The notes beneath the pieces were generated by a model. That model saw only the letters and a program-made list of their open reading frames with translations, made no database searches and was not told where the DNA came from. The translations under genes and the position numbers were made by a program. A stretch of DNA of 64,000 nt from assembly GCA_963749495.1 (NCBI GenBank), contig CAVVMW010000023.1:64001-128000 (forward strand). The letters are read 5' to 3'. Shown piece by piece: positions 31,581-42,160 of this stretch (positions within the stretch are counted from its first letter, which is position 1; the number at the start of each line of letters is the position of its first letter). This DNA comes from an uncultured bacterium. Lineage in GTDB: Bacteria; Verrucomicrobiota; Verrucomicrobiia; Limisphaerales; UBA8199.

Positions 31581-31701
31581 CGGAGTGCGCCCGTCCCCGG
31601 GCGCAGCAGCGGCGGAGCGGGCCGGCGCGCCGGAGTACTTGACGGCTCCCCTGGCTGCGGACGCCGCTGCGCCCGAGGACGGGCGCACTCCCATCTCGCC
31701 C
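31581..31701. repeat. REP doublet, family B (GGAGTGCGCCCGTCCYCGGGCGCAGC and inverse)
   Basis: Inverted arms; the right half is duplicated at 9541-9606. Confidence 0.85.
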
Positions 31702-31763
31702 CTCCTTCGCAGAGGTCAAGACCCCATATCTTCGCCCGTGCTCAGACACTATAATGCCGCGCG

Positions 31764-32075
31764 ATGAAGATACTCCTGCGCCATGCCGAGAGCCGGCTCT
31801 ACTACGCAACCAGCGACCGGTGGGTCGCTCATCCCGGCATGGCCCGCGATTTTGGAGACGTGGACCAGGCGGTCGCGGCGGCCAGGCGCGAGCGGTTGCC
31901 CGACATGGAAGTGGTCTTGAGCTTCAACCATCCTCCAGGCGAGTTGCTCCTGCCGCTGGCGGCCAAGCCCGCCCGCCGTCAGGCGCAAGAGCAGGACACC
32001 CTGCCCGAATCCCTCCTGCCCGGCGCCCTCCAGGCCGCCAAGCGCCGCGTCCGGCACACCGCCTCGCCGCCCTGA
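31764..32075 (+). CDS. Small hypothetical protein
   Basis: MKILLRHAESRLYY..WV..ARDF..A..LPDMEVVLSF pattern resembling small verrucomicrobial proteins. Confidence 0.65.
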   Translation: MKILLRHAESRLYYATSDRWVAHPGMARDFGDVDQAVAAARRERLPDMEVVLSFNHPPGELLLPLAAKPARRQAQEQDTLPESLLPGALQAAKRRVRHTASPP

Positions 32076-32087
32076 ACCCGGCCCTGC

Positions 32088-32177
32088 GTCACCGCGCAGC
32101 GGTGCATGAAGGCAGCCGTGGACTTCCAGTCCACGGACCCATGGCCCAAACTCAGCCGCGTCGCGCAGCGACGCCTG
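32088..32177. repeat. Single half-unit of the family F REPIN
   Basis: caccgcgcagcggtg..gccgtggacttccagtccacggacccatggcccaa..gcgtcgcgcagcgacgc is the reverse complement of part of the 42161-43067 unit. Confidence 0.85.
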
Positions 32178-32386
32178 AAAAACTTCACGTCCTCTTAAGG
32201 TGGGCTGGATTACGATGGCCTCATGAAAAGGACAATATTCATTTCGGCGCTCGTGGCGGCCGACACCCTGGCGACCACTGTGGCAGTGATCCAGGAAGCT
32301 CGGGTTTTCATCTCTGGCGGCCGGGCAGCCGCGCGGTATGTGCGCGAAATCGTGCGCGGGCAGAAGAGCCCTGATTGGGTTTGCAG

Positions 32387-33119
32387 TCACGCCCCGAATA
32401 CGGCCGCTATCCGGCGCTGAAATTCCTCGGCTTTCGCCCTCGGGTCGGGGGCGGTGCGAATGGGCCGCCCGACGACGATATGGTCGGCGCCGTTGAGAAG
32501 GGCCTGCTCGACGTTCGGCCGTGCGCTTCTGGTCGTCCTTGATTTCCCGGTTTTCGACCGGCCTGATGCCGGGCGTCACGATGAGCAACTGCGGGCCAAT
32601 CTCTGCGCGCAACCTGGGGACTTCCAATCCCGAGGAGACGACACCGGCGCAGCCCAGCGCAAGGGCCCGCCTGGCCCTGGAAAGCACCAACTCCTCGACC
32701 TTGCATTGAAAGCCAAGGGCCTCCAGGTCCGCCTGATCCAGGCTGGTCAGAACCGTTACCGCCAGGATCTGCACCTCCGCCTGCGCCTCCACCGCCGCCT
32801 TGAGAATCCCGTCATTGCCGTGGACGGTCGCAAAGCGCACCCCCCTGCCCTTCAATTGCTTGACCGCCGAGCGGACGGTCTCGGGCACGTCGAAGAACTT
32901 GAGGTCCACCATAACCTGCTTGTCCCTGCGGACAAGCCATTCGACCAGTTCCCAGTAGCCGCCCGCCATGAAGATCTGAAGGCCCAGTTTGTAGAACACT
33001 ACGCTCTGGCCCAACCGCTCCACCCACTGCCTGGCCTCGTCCACCGTCGGCACGTCCAGGGCGAAAATCAGCCGTTCCGCGGCTGGAATCGGCTTGGCAG
33101 ACACAATCGTCTTGTCCAT
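32387..33119 (-). CDS. pyrF: Orotidine-5'-phosphate decarboxylase; frameshift ~32515
   Basis: LIFALDV, YKLGL, DLKFFDVPETV, VTVLTSLD, VTPGIRP..DDQKR; the shifted frame gives GADHIVVGRPIR. Confidence 0.95.
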
Positions 33120-33293
33120 ATATGCGTTGTGAGTCAAAGGCGCGCCTGTAACCAGGCACGCGGATACCATAGAAGATCCAAGGCCGCCCGCAAGGATTTA
33201 GGCGGGGGGACGAGCGAGTGGTGGGACAGCTCGGAGCGGTCAGACGCGGCTGAAGGACCGGTCAGGATAAGCAGGGCGCGGATTGCGGCAGGC

Positions 33294-33473
33294 TCACCGG
33301 CTCGATTCTGGCACCATCGCAAGTTGCCCCTCTGGCTCCATCTCGGGGGCGGGTTCCACGAAGTGGAAACCTTGCTCGTCCTCATAGCCGAGCGGGGCTC
33401 GAGCGGCTGCATAGAAGGTGTAGGCCACTCCGCCTGCTGCCAGTGCCAACATGCCAAGCGCAAAAATGATCAT
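33294..33473 (-). CDS. Small single-TM protein (APxGYEDExGFH motif)
   Basis: MIIFALGMLALAAGGVAYTFYAAARAPLGYEDEQGFHF; start approximate. Confidence 0.65.
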   Translation of the reverse strand: MIIFALGMLALAAGGVAYTFYAAARAPLGYEDEQGFHFVEPAPEMEPEGQLAMVPESSR

Positions 33474-33703
33474 CAACTGGCCCACAGCATGAATCAGGCC
33501 GGGGCGTGCTAACCAGGCGTTGAACCGGTTTGTGTGGCTCAAATGGGGCGCTCTTGCCGGGCTCAGGGCAAAATAGTGTCCTGCCGATGGAAACACCTGC
33601 CTCAAGAGATGACAGCCGCTGTCCACATTTTGGACAGGCCCTTTAGACATCGGAAAGCCGAAAAGAAAAGAGCCTGGCTACTCAGGGGGGAATGCCTGGT
33701 AGT

Positions 33704-33934
33704 TCACCGCCATAGTCTCCTATCGAGCTCGGCGAAAACCTCCCGCCCTGAAAGCCCGGCTGTAAGGCCTGCGTCATACTTGCGGATTCGCTCACGAATC
33801 TCAGCATCCCAGGCGGCCTCCACGCCGGCTTCCACCGGAGGTTCCACGCTGGCAAGGATGCGGTGCGCCAGCGCAAACCGTTGATCTTCGGGAAGGAGCA
33901 ACGCATCAGCAGCGACGTCTTCGAGCGACTTCAT
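33704..33934 (-). CDS. Addiction-module antitoxin component (TIGR02574-like)
   Basis: ALLLPEDQRFALAHRILASV..VEAAWDAEIRERIRKYDAG..EVFAEL. Confidence 0.85.
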   Translation of the reverse strand: MKSLEDVAADALLLPEDQRFALAHRILASVEPPVEAGVEAAWDAEIRERIRKYDAGLTAGLSGREVFAELDRRLWR

Positions 33935-33975
33935 AAAGGCACACTACTGCCGCGCCAAAGGGTTGGCAAGACGCC

Positions 33976-34110
33976 ATGTCCCTTCGGGACAGGACTCCGT
34001 CCAGGCTATTTGGGCCATCGCGACATTCGCTTCCTGGCGCTGTGGTGAGGAACGGCCCGGCCTTTCTGGATGGCGCGCTCTCCGCGGGCGATGCTTTCAC
34101 AGACCGCCTG
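33976..34110 (-). pseudogene. Remnant of a second type II TA pair (antitoxin C-terminus plus first codons of a ParE/RelE-like toxin)
   Basis: ESIARGERAIQKGRAVPHHSARKRMSRWPK* overlaps the ATG (34018) of MAQIAWTES, which breaks at a TGTCCCTTCGGGACA palindrome. Confidence 0.6.
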
Positions 34111-34265
34111 TTTCTCCCCGACGCGAGAAGAAAAAGAACTGTTGACGAGCGGCTTGGCGACGGACATCATGCAGCCCGCACCGCCTGAGAAGGCGCAGAG
34201 CAAATGGTGTTTCCAACATCGGTTTCGGTTGGCGCCCGACGACGGCAGCAATCAACATCAAAGTT

Positions 34266-37073
34266 ATGAACGCACTGCAGATATCAGACTCAAAGCATGC
34301 ACGACGCATTCTCCGCCCCGCTATCCTCATCGCCCTTATTGGCGGGGCCATCCACCTGGGGGCGCAGACCGGACCGTTCAGTCCCACCGACTGGCCGCCG
34401 ACTGTCAGCCCCACGGCCGCTGTAGATTATGGCATCTTCGACCCGGGCGCGGCTTTCACCACGGAGTCCGGCTGGAACAACACAGTGACCCTGTCGGGCG
34501 GGGGCGACCAGACCTTCCAAACCATCACCCTCGCGGGTCTGACAGGCGATCAAGAGACGGGCGCTTACCTGAATATTGCCGACTCAAACTTTGCATCCTG
34601 GGTGAACACACCGGTCCTGGACCTTCTGCTGCAAGTTTTCGGGAATGGGGCGCTTTACAATGCGAATGGCACTCCGATTAACACCACTTGGCTGGAAGGG
34701 ACGCTCGACACCCCGGCGAACAACCTCAACGGGGCCAATGCCAGCCCAACACCGCTCGGCGAGCAAAACAACCAATGGAACTGGCTGTTGCTGGAGATTC
34801 CCAATCCCGTCAGTTCCATCACCGGCCAGCGCTATGTCGGCTACGTTGACACCAGCGGCAGCACCGGCGGCAGCGGCGCCGGCGGAGTCAACGGCGGCAC
34901 CTTGCGCCTCCAGGGCGTCGCGGGCCTCGTTGTTCGCGCCGTCGCGATTGGTCCGCAGGGCGCCTTCGGGACCTCCAACCAGGTCAATGTCTTTGCGGCC
35001 CCGCCAGCCTGCCCGCCCGAGCCGGACGTGAACCTGGCATACATTGATATCAACGCGGGCGTCACCAACAACCTGAGCATCCTGAACAACGGGGACCAGA
35101 CGGTGACCTACAAAAGCGGCGTTGGCCCCGCCGGCGATAAGCGCCAGGCGGTCCAAGCCACCACCGGCTACATGAACTTTGGCATCCTCAATGACTACCT
35201 GGGAGCGCCCTGCAACCTCCCTCGAACCATGAAGGTCTGCGTGGAGTTCTATGACGACCCGACGTTGGCCGGCGCGAGCTTCGGTCCGGAGCAGTATGCC
35301 ACTGACAACGTGGGAGACACCGCCACCTTCCCCGCCAGCCAGCTTTTCACACTCCAGGGCTCCGGCCAATGGCTCAAAGTCGCCTTCATGGTGCCCAATG
35401 TTGACCTCCAAGGGATCAATACGGCGCCTCTTACGGGCGGTCCCCGCCTGACCTTCAACGGCGGTTTCCCGTTTATTGACCGGGCCGAGCTGGGCGTTTA
35501 TCGCATCGGCACGAACCTGTTGGCGGGTCTGGACCCGGACCTGACCTTTCACATAGACCCGAACATTTGCACGACGAACTATGCGAATTACGCCGAACTG
35601 GATCTGCAGAATGGCATCACCAACGGCATAGACGCGGGCAGTTCGGGCGGCAACCAACTGATGGTGGTGGAAATGGCCGGGCCTGCCGATGATCAGCGCC
35701 TTTCCGAACGCCCGGATGGCGGCGATAACAACATCCAATTCGCCATCGTGGGCCAGGTGTTCGGGCCGTCCTCCCAGGACAACGCCCGGGTGGCGCAGGT
35801 CCTGACCTATTACGACGACCCGGCCATGGCCGGGGCCACGCTCTACCCCCAGGTTTACTCGAGCTGGGTGGCGGGAAACAACACCTACCTGTTCCCCAAC
35901 CAGAACCAGGTCGCCGTCACGTTACAGGGCACCGGCAAATGGCTGGATGCCGATTTCGAATTGCCCGACGCGAATTTCAACGGAGTCAACCAGGGGCCCC
36001 AGTCCCTCGTGCGCTATGAGACGACTCCCGCCACGGCCGGGGACCCGACGACCGGTTACATCCACGTCACCCGCGTCCGCTATGCCGTCATCCGGCCCTG
36101 CGGACCTTACCAGGGGGTCAATGTTCTGCAGACCAACAAGCCCATCGCCGAGTTTGGCGATACCGTCGCCGGCTACCAGGACAGTTTCACCAGCGCCACG
36201 AGGAACACGAATTGGCTGGCGGTGGGCCCAGGCGGCGACAATTACTTCCAGACAAACGGAGTTCTCAAGGTTTTCGCCAGCCATGGCGATCCCAATCACC
36301 TGGTCTATGCGGCCCCTGGCTATAGCAATGACGTGCAGGAGGTGCTGGCGCGCATCCGCATCGTCGCTTTTCAACAGGGCGATTATTTCCGGGGCGGCAT
36401 CGGGGTCGGCGTCGGGACCAACGCCAGCAGCGGGACAAACTTCGAGGCGTTGAACTTCCATTTCCGGGACAACACCAACGAAACGACCCTGCGTCACATG
36501 AAGCTGCTCGATGACAGTCGCGCCTGGGGGCCAACGAACTTTACCAACGCCTGGACCAATAATACCTGGTATTGGCTGCGCCTGCGCCAGCAGCCCAAGA
36601 TGGACGGGACAAACACCGTCTTCGCCAAAGTCTGGCTGGCTGACTGGACCACGCCCGAGCCGGCTAATTGGCAATTGCTCTGGGCCGATTCGTCCCTGCC
36701 CACGAGCCCCACCAAGTATCACCTGGGACTGGCTGGCATCACCGCCGCGAGCGGGGACGCGCTGGCCCAGTCGGAAGTGAGCTACATTTTGATCAAGGCT
36801 GCCGGGTTGCCCAACGTCACGGTCTCCGCGGCTGCCACCGCGCCGGCGATGCAGGCCGCACCGTTCTTTATCGCTCCCGTTACCAGCTACTACTATCCCA
36901 CTATTGGCTCCGGGACCACCGCTCCCGGCGCAAACGTCACTTGGTTCGGTCCTGGCACTTTGTTGGCGTCGCCCGACCTAACGGGTCCATACACGAATGT
37001 GGTCAGCACGACCAACGGCTATGCGACGCCAAAAGCCAAACTCAAAGCGTCGGAGTTCTACAAGCTCCAATAA
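34266..37073 (+). CDS. Large secreted multi-beta-sandwich protein, probably carbohydrate-associated
   Basis: Signal peptide; Asn/Thr/Gly-rich; duplicated YDDPxxAGA..TLQGxGxW..F..P..GxN module; C-terminal W.GPGTLLASPDLTGPY..FYKLQ tail. Confidence 0.8.
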   Translation: MNALQISDSKHARRILRPAILIALIGGAIHLGAQTGPFSPTDWPPTVSPTAAVDYGIFDPGAAFTTESGWNNTVTLSGGGDQTFQTITLAGLTGDQETGAYLNIADSNFASWVNTPVLDLLLQVFGNGALYNANGTPINTTWLEGTLDTPANNLNGANASPTPLGEQNNQWNWLLLEIPNPVSSITGQRYVGYVDTSGSTGGSGAGGVNGGTLRLQGVAGLVVRAVAIGPQGAFGTSNQVNVFAAPPACPPEPDVNLAYIDINAGVTNNLSILNNGDQTVTYKSGVGPAGDKRQAVQATTGYMNFGILNDYLGAPCNLPRTMKVCVEFYDDPTLAGASFGPEQYATDNVGDTATFPASQLFTLQGSGQWLKVAFMVPNVDLQGINTAPLTGGPRLTFNGGFPFIDRAELGVYRIGTNLLAGLDPDLTFHIDPNICTTNYANYAELDLQNGITNGIDAGSSGGNQLMVVEMAGPADDQRLSERPDGGDNNIQFAIVGQVFGPSSQDNARVAQVLTYYDDPAMAGATLYPQVYSSWVAGNNTYLFPNQNQVAVTLQGTGKWLDADFELPDANFNGVNQGPQSLVRYETTPATAGDPTTGYIHVTRVRYAVIRPCGPYQGVNVLQTNKPIAEFGDTVAGYQDSFTSATRNTNWLAVGPGGDNYFQTNGVLKVFASHGDPNHLVYAAPGYSNDVQEVLARIRIVAFQQGDYFRGGIGVGVGTNASSGTNFEALNFHFRDNTNETTLRHMKLLDDSRAWGPTNFTNAWTNNTWYWLRLRQQPKMDGTNTVFAKVWLADWTTPEPANWQLLWADSSLPTSPTKYHLGLAGITAASGDALAQSEVSYILIKAAGLPNVTVSAAATAPAMQAAPFFIAPVTSYYYPTIGSGTTAPGANVTWFGPGTLLASPDLTGPYTNVVSTTNGYATPKAKLKASEFYKLQ

Positions 37074-37075
37074 AA

Positions 37076-38991
37076 TTGAGAGCCCGCATTCGAGCGCCGT
37101 TCTGGCGCGCAGTCGCCGAGTTCGCCCTGCGGAGCGGACTCGGGAGCCTGTCCTGTCTGGCTGGGCCGGCCCTGCTCCTGGTGGGGCTGGGCCTGGCCGG
37201 GCAGAGCTTGCCAGCCCAGGTGCCGTCGGTCATAAACTACCAGGGGAAGGTTAGAGCGGGGGGCGCCGACTTCAACGGCGTGGGCCAGTTCAAGTTCGCC
37301 CTGGTCAGCGGCAGCGGAGCCGGCACGCTCTGGAGCAACGATGGGTCCAGTTCGGGGGGGGCCGAACCGAACCAGCCTGTGGCTGTGGCCGTCACGCAGG
37401 GTGTGTTCTCCGTTTTCCTGGGCGACACCTCGGTGAGCAACATGACGCCGGTCTCCTGGGCGGTGTTCACCAACGGGGACGTGCGGTTGCGGATTTGGTT
37501 CAACGACGGCACCAACGGCTTCGCGCGGTTGTCGCCCGACCAGCGGCTTGGCGCCACCGGTTACGCCATGATGGCCGCCAATCTCCCCGATGGCGCGCTG
37601 ACCGGGAGCAAGCTGGCGCCGGGGGCCGTGCAGACCCAGAACATTGCCGACGGCGCCGTCACCAGCGCGCAACTGGCGGCCAAGTCGGTCACGATTCCCG
37701 CCATCCTCGATGGCGCGGTGACCGCCTCGAAGCTGGCGGCCGGGTCAGTCACGGCCGCGGCGATCGCCAACGGAACGGTGAGCCAGGCCAAGCTCAACTT
37801 CCAACTCGGCTACATCAACGCGCGCAACCCGCCTTACGTGGCCAGGGGCGATGGCCTGGCGGACGACACGGCGGCCATCCAATCGGCGCTGAATGATGCG
37901 GGGGCCGGTGGCGGGGGCATCGTGTTCCTGCCGCAGGGAGACTATCGTATCCTGTCGGACCTGGTCGTTCCGGCCCAGACGACCTTGTCCGGGATATGGC
38001 GCGCGCCGACCGCCTTTGCGCCGCACCAGGGCACCACCCTGCTGGCGGTGGCTGGGGCAGGCAGCACCTCCGGCGTTCCATTCATCACCCTCCAAGGCGA
38101 CAACTCGACGCTGGAAGGGGTAACGATCTATTACCCCAACCAGGCCCTCACCAATCCGCCGATACCCTACCCCTGGGCCATTCGCGCAGGCGGCGCAGCA
38201 GGCGGCGTCAACGTGACTGTCCAGAACGTCCTGCTGGTCAACCCCTATCTGGGCCTGGACCTGGCTACTCACCCCTCGGCCGGCACCTGGTGCGCGGGGT
38301 CTATGGCCAGCCCCTGCTGGCCGGCATCGCCGTCGATCAGTGCTACGACATCGGGCGCATCATGGACATCCATTTCTGGCCCTTCTGGACGCAAGACCCG
38401 CGCGTGCTGGCCTTCCAATCGGCCTATGCCGTCTCGTTCGATTTCATGCGGTCCGATTGGGAGGTGGTGCAGGATGTCTTCTCGTGGGGATACTACATCG
38501 GCGCCCGCTTCCGCGCTTCCTCGTACGGCGCCATGAACGGCCAGATGAGCAATATCAACTTCGACAACGTGGACATCGGGCTGCTGCTCACTGCCACCCA
38601 GCTCTATGCCATCCACATCGCGAACCTGAACCTCGCCAATGCCGGCGGCGGCACCCATCACATCGGCATCGAGGCCCTGCCGGGCGTCAGCCAGCTCAAC
38701 GTGAACGGCGCGAGCTTTTGGGGTCAGATTCGCCAGCCGGTTTCCTGGGGCAGCACGGGCCTGCTCACGCTCTCCAACGCGCGCCTGCTGGACTGGGACC
38801 CCTCCGTGCCAGCCATTGCCATCCTCGCCGGCCGGGCGATCCTCCAAGGCAACTCCTTCATCGACGCCGTCGGGACTGCCATCCACGTCGGGCCGGCCGC
38901 AGACCGGGTGATGATTCTCGGGAACATGCTCGCCGGAAACGTCATGTCCGTCCTCAACACCAACACCCTCAGTGCCAATAACCAACCGTGA
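37076..38991 (+). CDS. Secreted pectate-lyase-fold (GH28/GH55-like beta-helix) protein; start uncertain, frameshift ~38280
   Basis: QVPSVINYQGKV..FKFALV N-domain, (IADGAVTxxKL) repeats, ARGDGLADDTAAIQSALN..GGIVFLPQGDY; continues VDQCYDIGRIMDIHFWPFW. Confidence 0.8.
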
Positions 38992-39076
38992 AGTCCTCCT
39001 CCAAATCCTCTACGCTCAACTGCACCGGGGAAACGCGATGGTCATTGAGATCTGACCCCCGGCCATTGACAGATGA

Positions 39077-39133
39077 ACCGGGGGTCTCGCTGCGCGTCGC
39101 CCCCCGGCTACGATCTTTCATCCCTCCGGGATG
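39077..39133. repeat. Half REP element of family E
   Basis: ccggggg..cccccggct..tcatccctccgggatga hairpins between convergent genes. Confidence 0.6.
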
Positions 39134-39139
39134 AATCCG

Positions 39140-39394
39140 TCAGGCCCCGCCTCGCTCTTGTTCCTCCGCCCCATAGGCCAGGCGCACCAGCAGCGGCGCG
39201 CCGCGCACGAGCCACACGCCGATCGCCAGGGTCCAAGCCATCCCCAGCAGCAACGCCAGGAGGTTCCGAAACCAGAGACTGGCGGGCATCTGGAAGAATG
39301 AGGCCACCGCAGAGGGCACTGGGAGCAGGCCCTGGTAGAGAAAAATCAGGCCAAAGAAACGAATCATCAGGCTGAACACATCTTTTGGTTTCAT
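39140..39394 (-). CDS. Small two-TM hypothetical protein
   Basis: MKPKDVFSLMIRFFGLIFLY..LVRGAPLLVRLAYG; 5 nt downstream of the radical SAM gene. Confidence 0.7.
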   Translation of the reverse strand: MKPKDVFSLMIRFFGLIFLYQGLLPVPSAVASFFQMPASLWFRNLLALLLGMAWTLAIGVWLVRGAPLLVRLAYGAEEQERGGA

Positions 39395-39399
39395 TTTTC

Positions 39400-40317
39400 T
39401 CAGAACACCTCGGCCTTCAGACCGGTGGCAGAGCGGACGGTCTGGGCGATGCGGGAGAGGACCTTGAGGGGCAGATGGCCGCTCTCGGAGTTGGGAGAGG
39501 GCCGGTTGGCGGAATAGATCTGCACCAGGGAGATGTCGGCGCCGGCGTTCTTGAGTTCGGCCAGGCGGCGGGCATATTGCTCGATCTCCTCCAGCGGCGG
39601 TTCCTCGGAACTGATGGCTGGGAAGAGGCTCTGCACCACCACCGGGCGTTGGCGGGCGAGGTTCAGGATGTTGGCCAGGATCTTCTCCAGCGGGATGTCC
39701 GAGCGGTTGACCTTGTTGACGTAGGCCTGGGTGCCTCCATCGAGCTTGGCCCAGACCTCGTCGCTCTTGGTGAAGTACCTCAGTCCCTGCTGCACGTGCG
39801 GCAGGTCCAGGCCCGTCCCGTTGGTGAGCAGGACCAGTTTGAAGGGGTGGCCCCCCAGCGCCCGCACGTGTACGATGGCCTGGAGGGCCTCGGCAAATTT
39901 GGCTGAGAGCGTCGGCTCGCCATCGCCGCTCAGGGCCACGTGGCGCAGTTGGAGCAGTTCATCGGGCAGCGTCCGGTACCACGGGCGCTCCCGCAGCCGG
40001 CCGGCGCGCACGTAGCCCAGCGTCTTCTTCAATTCCGCCGCCATCACGTCCACGTCCAGCGGCTCGCGGGGGACGCCGTTGCGGTGGACCTCGCAGTAAA
40101 CACACCGGAAATTGCAGGTCCGGTCCGGACACAGGTTCACCCCCACCGCCAAGCCGCGCGCCCGCGCCGAAACCACGGTATAGACGAAGCGATTATCCAG
40201 GAAGTCACGAGGCGAACCAAACGGCGTGTCCTGCGGGACGCCGCCCCGAGCCGTGCCGCCGCGCTTCTTGTCGGCCGCCGCGCTCGATCCCGCCGCATGT
40301 GACGTTGCTTCTTCCAC
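39400..40317 (-). CDS. Radical SAM protein (start approximate)
   Basis: CNFRCVYC, ALSGDGEPT, LLTNGT, WAKLDGG. Confidence 0.9.
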   Translation of the reverse strand: MEEATSHAAGSSAAADKKRGGTARGGVPQDTPFGSPRDFLDNRFVYTVVSARARGLAVGVNLCPDRTCNFRCVYCEVHRNGVPREPLDVDVMAAELKKTLGYVRAGRLRERPWYRTLPDELLQLRHVALSGDGEPTLSAKFAEALQAIVHVRALGGHPFKLVLLTNGTGLDLPHVQQGLRYFTKSDEVWAKLDGGTQAYVNKVNRSDIPLEKILANILNLARQRPVVVQSLFPAISSEEPPLEEIEQYARRLAELKNAGADISLVQIYSANRPSPNSESGHLPLKVLSRIAQTVRSATGLKAEVF

Positions 40318-40430
40318 AGTTCTGCTGCAACCGTATGACTGATGGCAATCCCGCACTACACTAAGCTTGCCAAATACTGGACATTTATTGACAGCTTGCG
40401 GGCGGCGCCTTTTGGTGCCAGAGTGCTCCA

Positions 40431-41165
40431 ATGCCCGGTCGCCCGGTGAGCCGCCCCCTGGCCGAACTCAAGCAAGCCGCCATTGCCAACAGCCTGCGCA
40501 GTTGCCGGCTCTTCGCCGGGCTGGCGCCCGCCGACCTGGCCGCGATTGCCCAAATCACCGTCTCCAAACCGCTCGCCAAGGGCGATTACCTCTTTCACGA
40601 AGGCGAACCCTCGGCCGGCTTTTTCATCGTGCAACGGGGCGCGATCGACGTGCACCGGCTCAACCGCCTGGGCAAGGAACGGGTCATTCACATCTTCCGC
40701 GCCGGTGAATCGTTCGCCGAGGCGACGCTGGCCGCGCTGCCCGGCTACCCGGCGGATGCGCGCGCCGTCGAATCCTCGCAGGTGCTCCTGGTTCACAAGG
40801 CCGGCTTCCTGTGGCTGCTCCGGCGCCAGCCCGAGCTGGCCCTGCGGATGCTCGCCGCCATGAGCGCCCACTTGCGCGACCTCGTCACCCAGCTCGAAGA
40901 CCTCACGATGCGCGACGTCGAGACCCGCCTGGCCAACTGGCTCCTCAAACGATGCCCCCGCCCCGATTCGGACCAGCCCCTTTCCATCGAACTCAAGACC
41001 ACCAAACGCGTCCTGGCTGCCGAATTGGGCACCGTCAGCGAGACCTTCTCCCGCACCCTGGCCAGGTTCCGCCAACAACGGCTCATCGCCGTCAAGGGCA
41101 AGACCCTCACCGTCGTGTCCCCTGCCCGGCTCGCCGACCTGCTCCGCCGCAATCTGGGGGGGTAA
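40431..41165 (+). CDS. Crp/Fnr family transcriptional regulator
   Basis: LFHEGEP..GESFAEA..YPADA cNMP-like domain; HTH LAAELGTVSETFSRTL. Confidence 0.93.
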   Translation: MPGRPVSRPLAELKQAAIANSLRSCRLFAGLAPADLAAIAQITVSKPLAKGDYLFHEGEPSAGFFIVQRGAIDVHRLNRLGKERVIHIFRAGESFAEATLAALPGYPADARAVESSQVLLVHKAGFLWLLRRQPELALRMLAAMSAHLRDLVTQLEDLTMRDVETRLANWLLKRCPRPDSDQPLSIELKTTKRVLAAELGTVSETFSRTLARFRQQRLIAVKGKTLTVVSPARLADLLRRNLGG

Positions 41166-41257
41166 AGGGGCGCATCTCATCTTTGATTTGAATTGGCTTT
41201 CGCGGGTTTTTGTGGTTTGAGTGAGCTTTGGTAATCGACGGATTAAGGTCGGATGAA

Positions 41258-42155
41258 ATGAAGCATTTGCTGAGCATCGAGAAACTGGCGCGGGCGGACA
41301 TGGAGCAGATCCTGGCCGATACCGCGAGGATGAAACGGGAGCGGGGCCGGCACCGGGAACAGCCGCTGGCGGGTCAGTTCTGGACCCTGCTGTTTTCCAA
41401 GTCCTCGACGCGCACGCGCGTCTCCTTCGAGGTCGGCATCCGCGAGTTGGGGGGGCAGGCCCTGTTCCTGCCCGCAAACGAGATTCAGTTGGGCCGCGGC
41501 GAACCGATCAAGGACACCGCGCGGGTCCTGGGCCGGATGGTCCATGGCGCGGTCTTGCGCACCTTTGCCCAGCGCGACGTCGAGGAGTTTGCCCACTACG
41601 CCGGCATCCCCACGATCAATGCGCTCACCGACGACGAGCATCCGTGCCAAATCCTGGCCGACATCTTCACGTTCCAGGACAAGCGCGGGCCAATCCAGGG
41701 CAAAGTCGTGGCCTTCATCGGCGACGGCGCCGGCAACATGGCCAATTCCTGGATCTTCGCCGCCGCCAAGGCCGGTTTCCAGTTGCGCATCGCCGCGCCC
41801 AAGCCCTTCCAACCCGCCGAAGACCTCCTCCAGCGCGCAGGCGCCAAGGTGTGGGTCACCAACAATGTCAAGGCCGCCGCCGACGGGGCGGACCTGCTCT
41901 ACACCAACGTTCTGGATCTCGATGGGCAAAGAGGCGGAGTCCGCCGAGCGCATCAAACAGATGAACGGCTACCAGATCAACGCCGGCATCGTCGCCCGTG
42001 CCCGCCCCGGCGCCCTGGTGATGCACTGCCTGCCCGCCTATCGCGGCAAAGAGATCGACGACCCGACCTTCGAGGCCCACGCCCAGACCATTTTCGACGA
42101 GGCCGAAAACCGCCTGCACACCCAAAAGGCGATTCTGAACTGGCTGGTGTCGTAG
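41258..42155 (+). CDS. argF: Ornithine carbamoyltransferase; frameshift ~41910
   Basis: SSTRTRVSFE, INALTDDEHPCQILAD, WISMG, HCLPAYRGKE, EAENRLHTQKA. Confidence 0.95.
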
Positions 42156-42160
42156 GCAGT

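Noticed and set aside
32223..32420. 65-aa ORF MKRTIFISALVAAD...
   Set aside because: It overlaps the corrected pyrF 3' end and has no recognisable motif; I cannot support it as a gene.
40318..40430. Crp/Fnr binding site between the radical SAM and Crp/Fnr genes
   Set aside because: No convincing TTGAT-N4-ATCAA or TGTGA-N6-TCACA match was seen.
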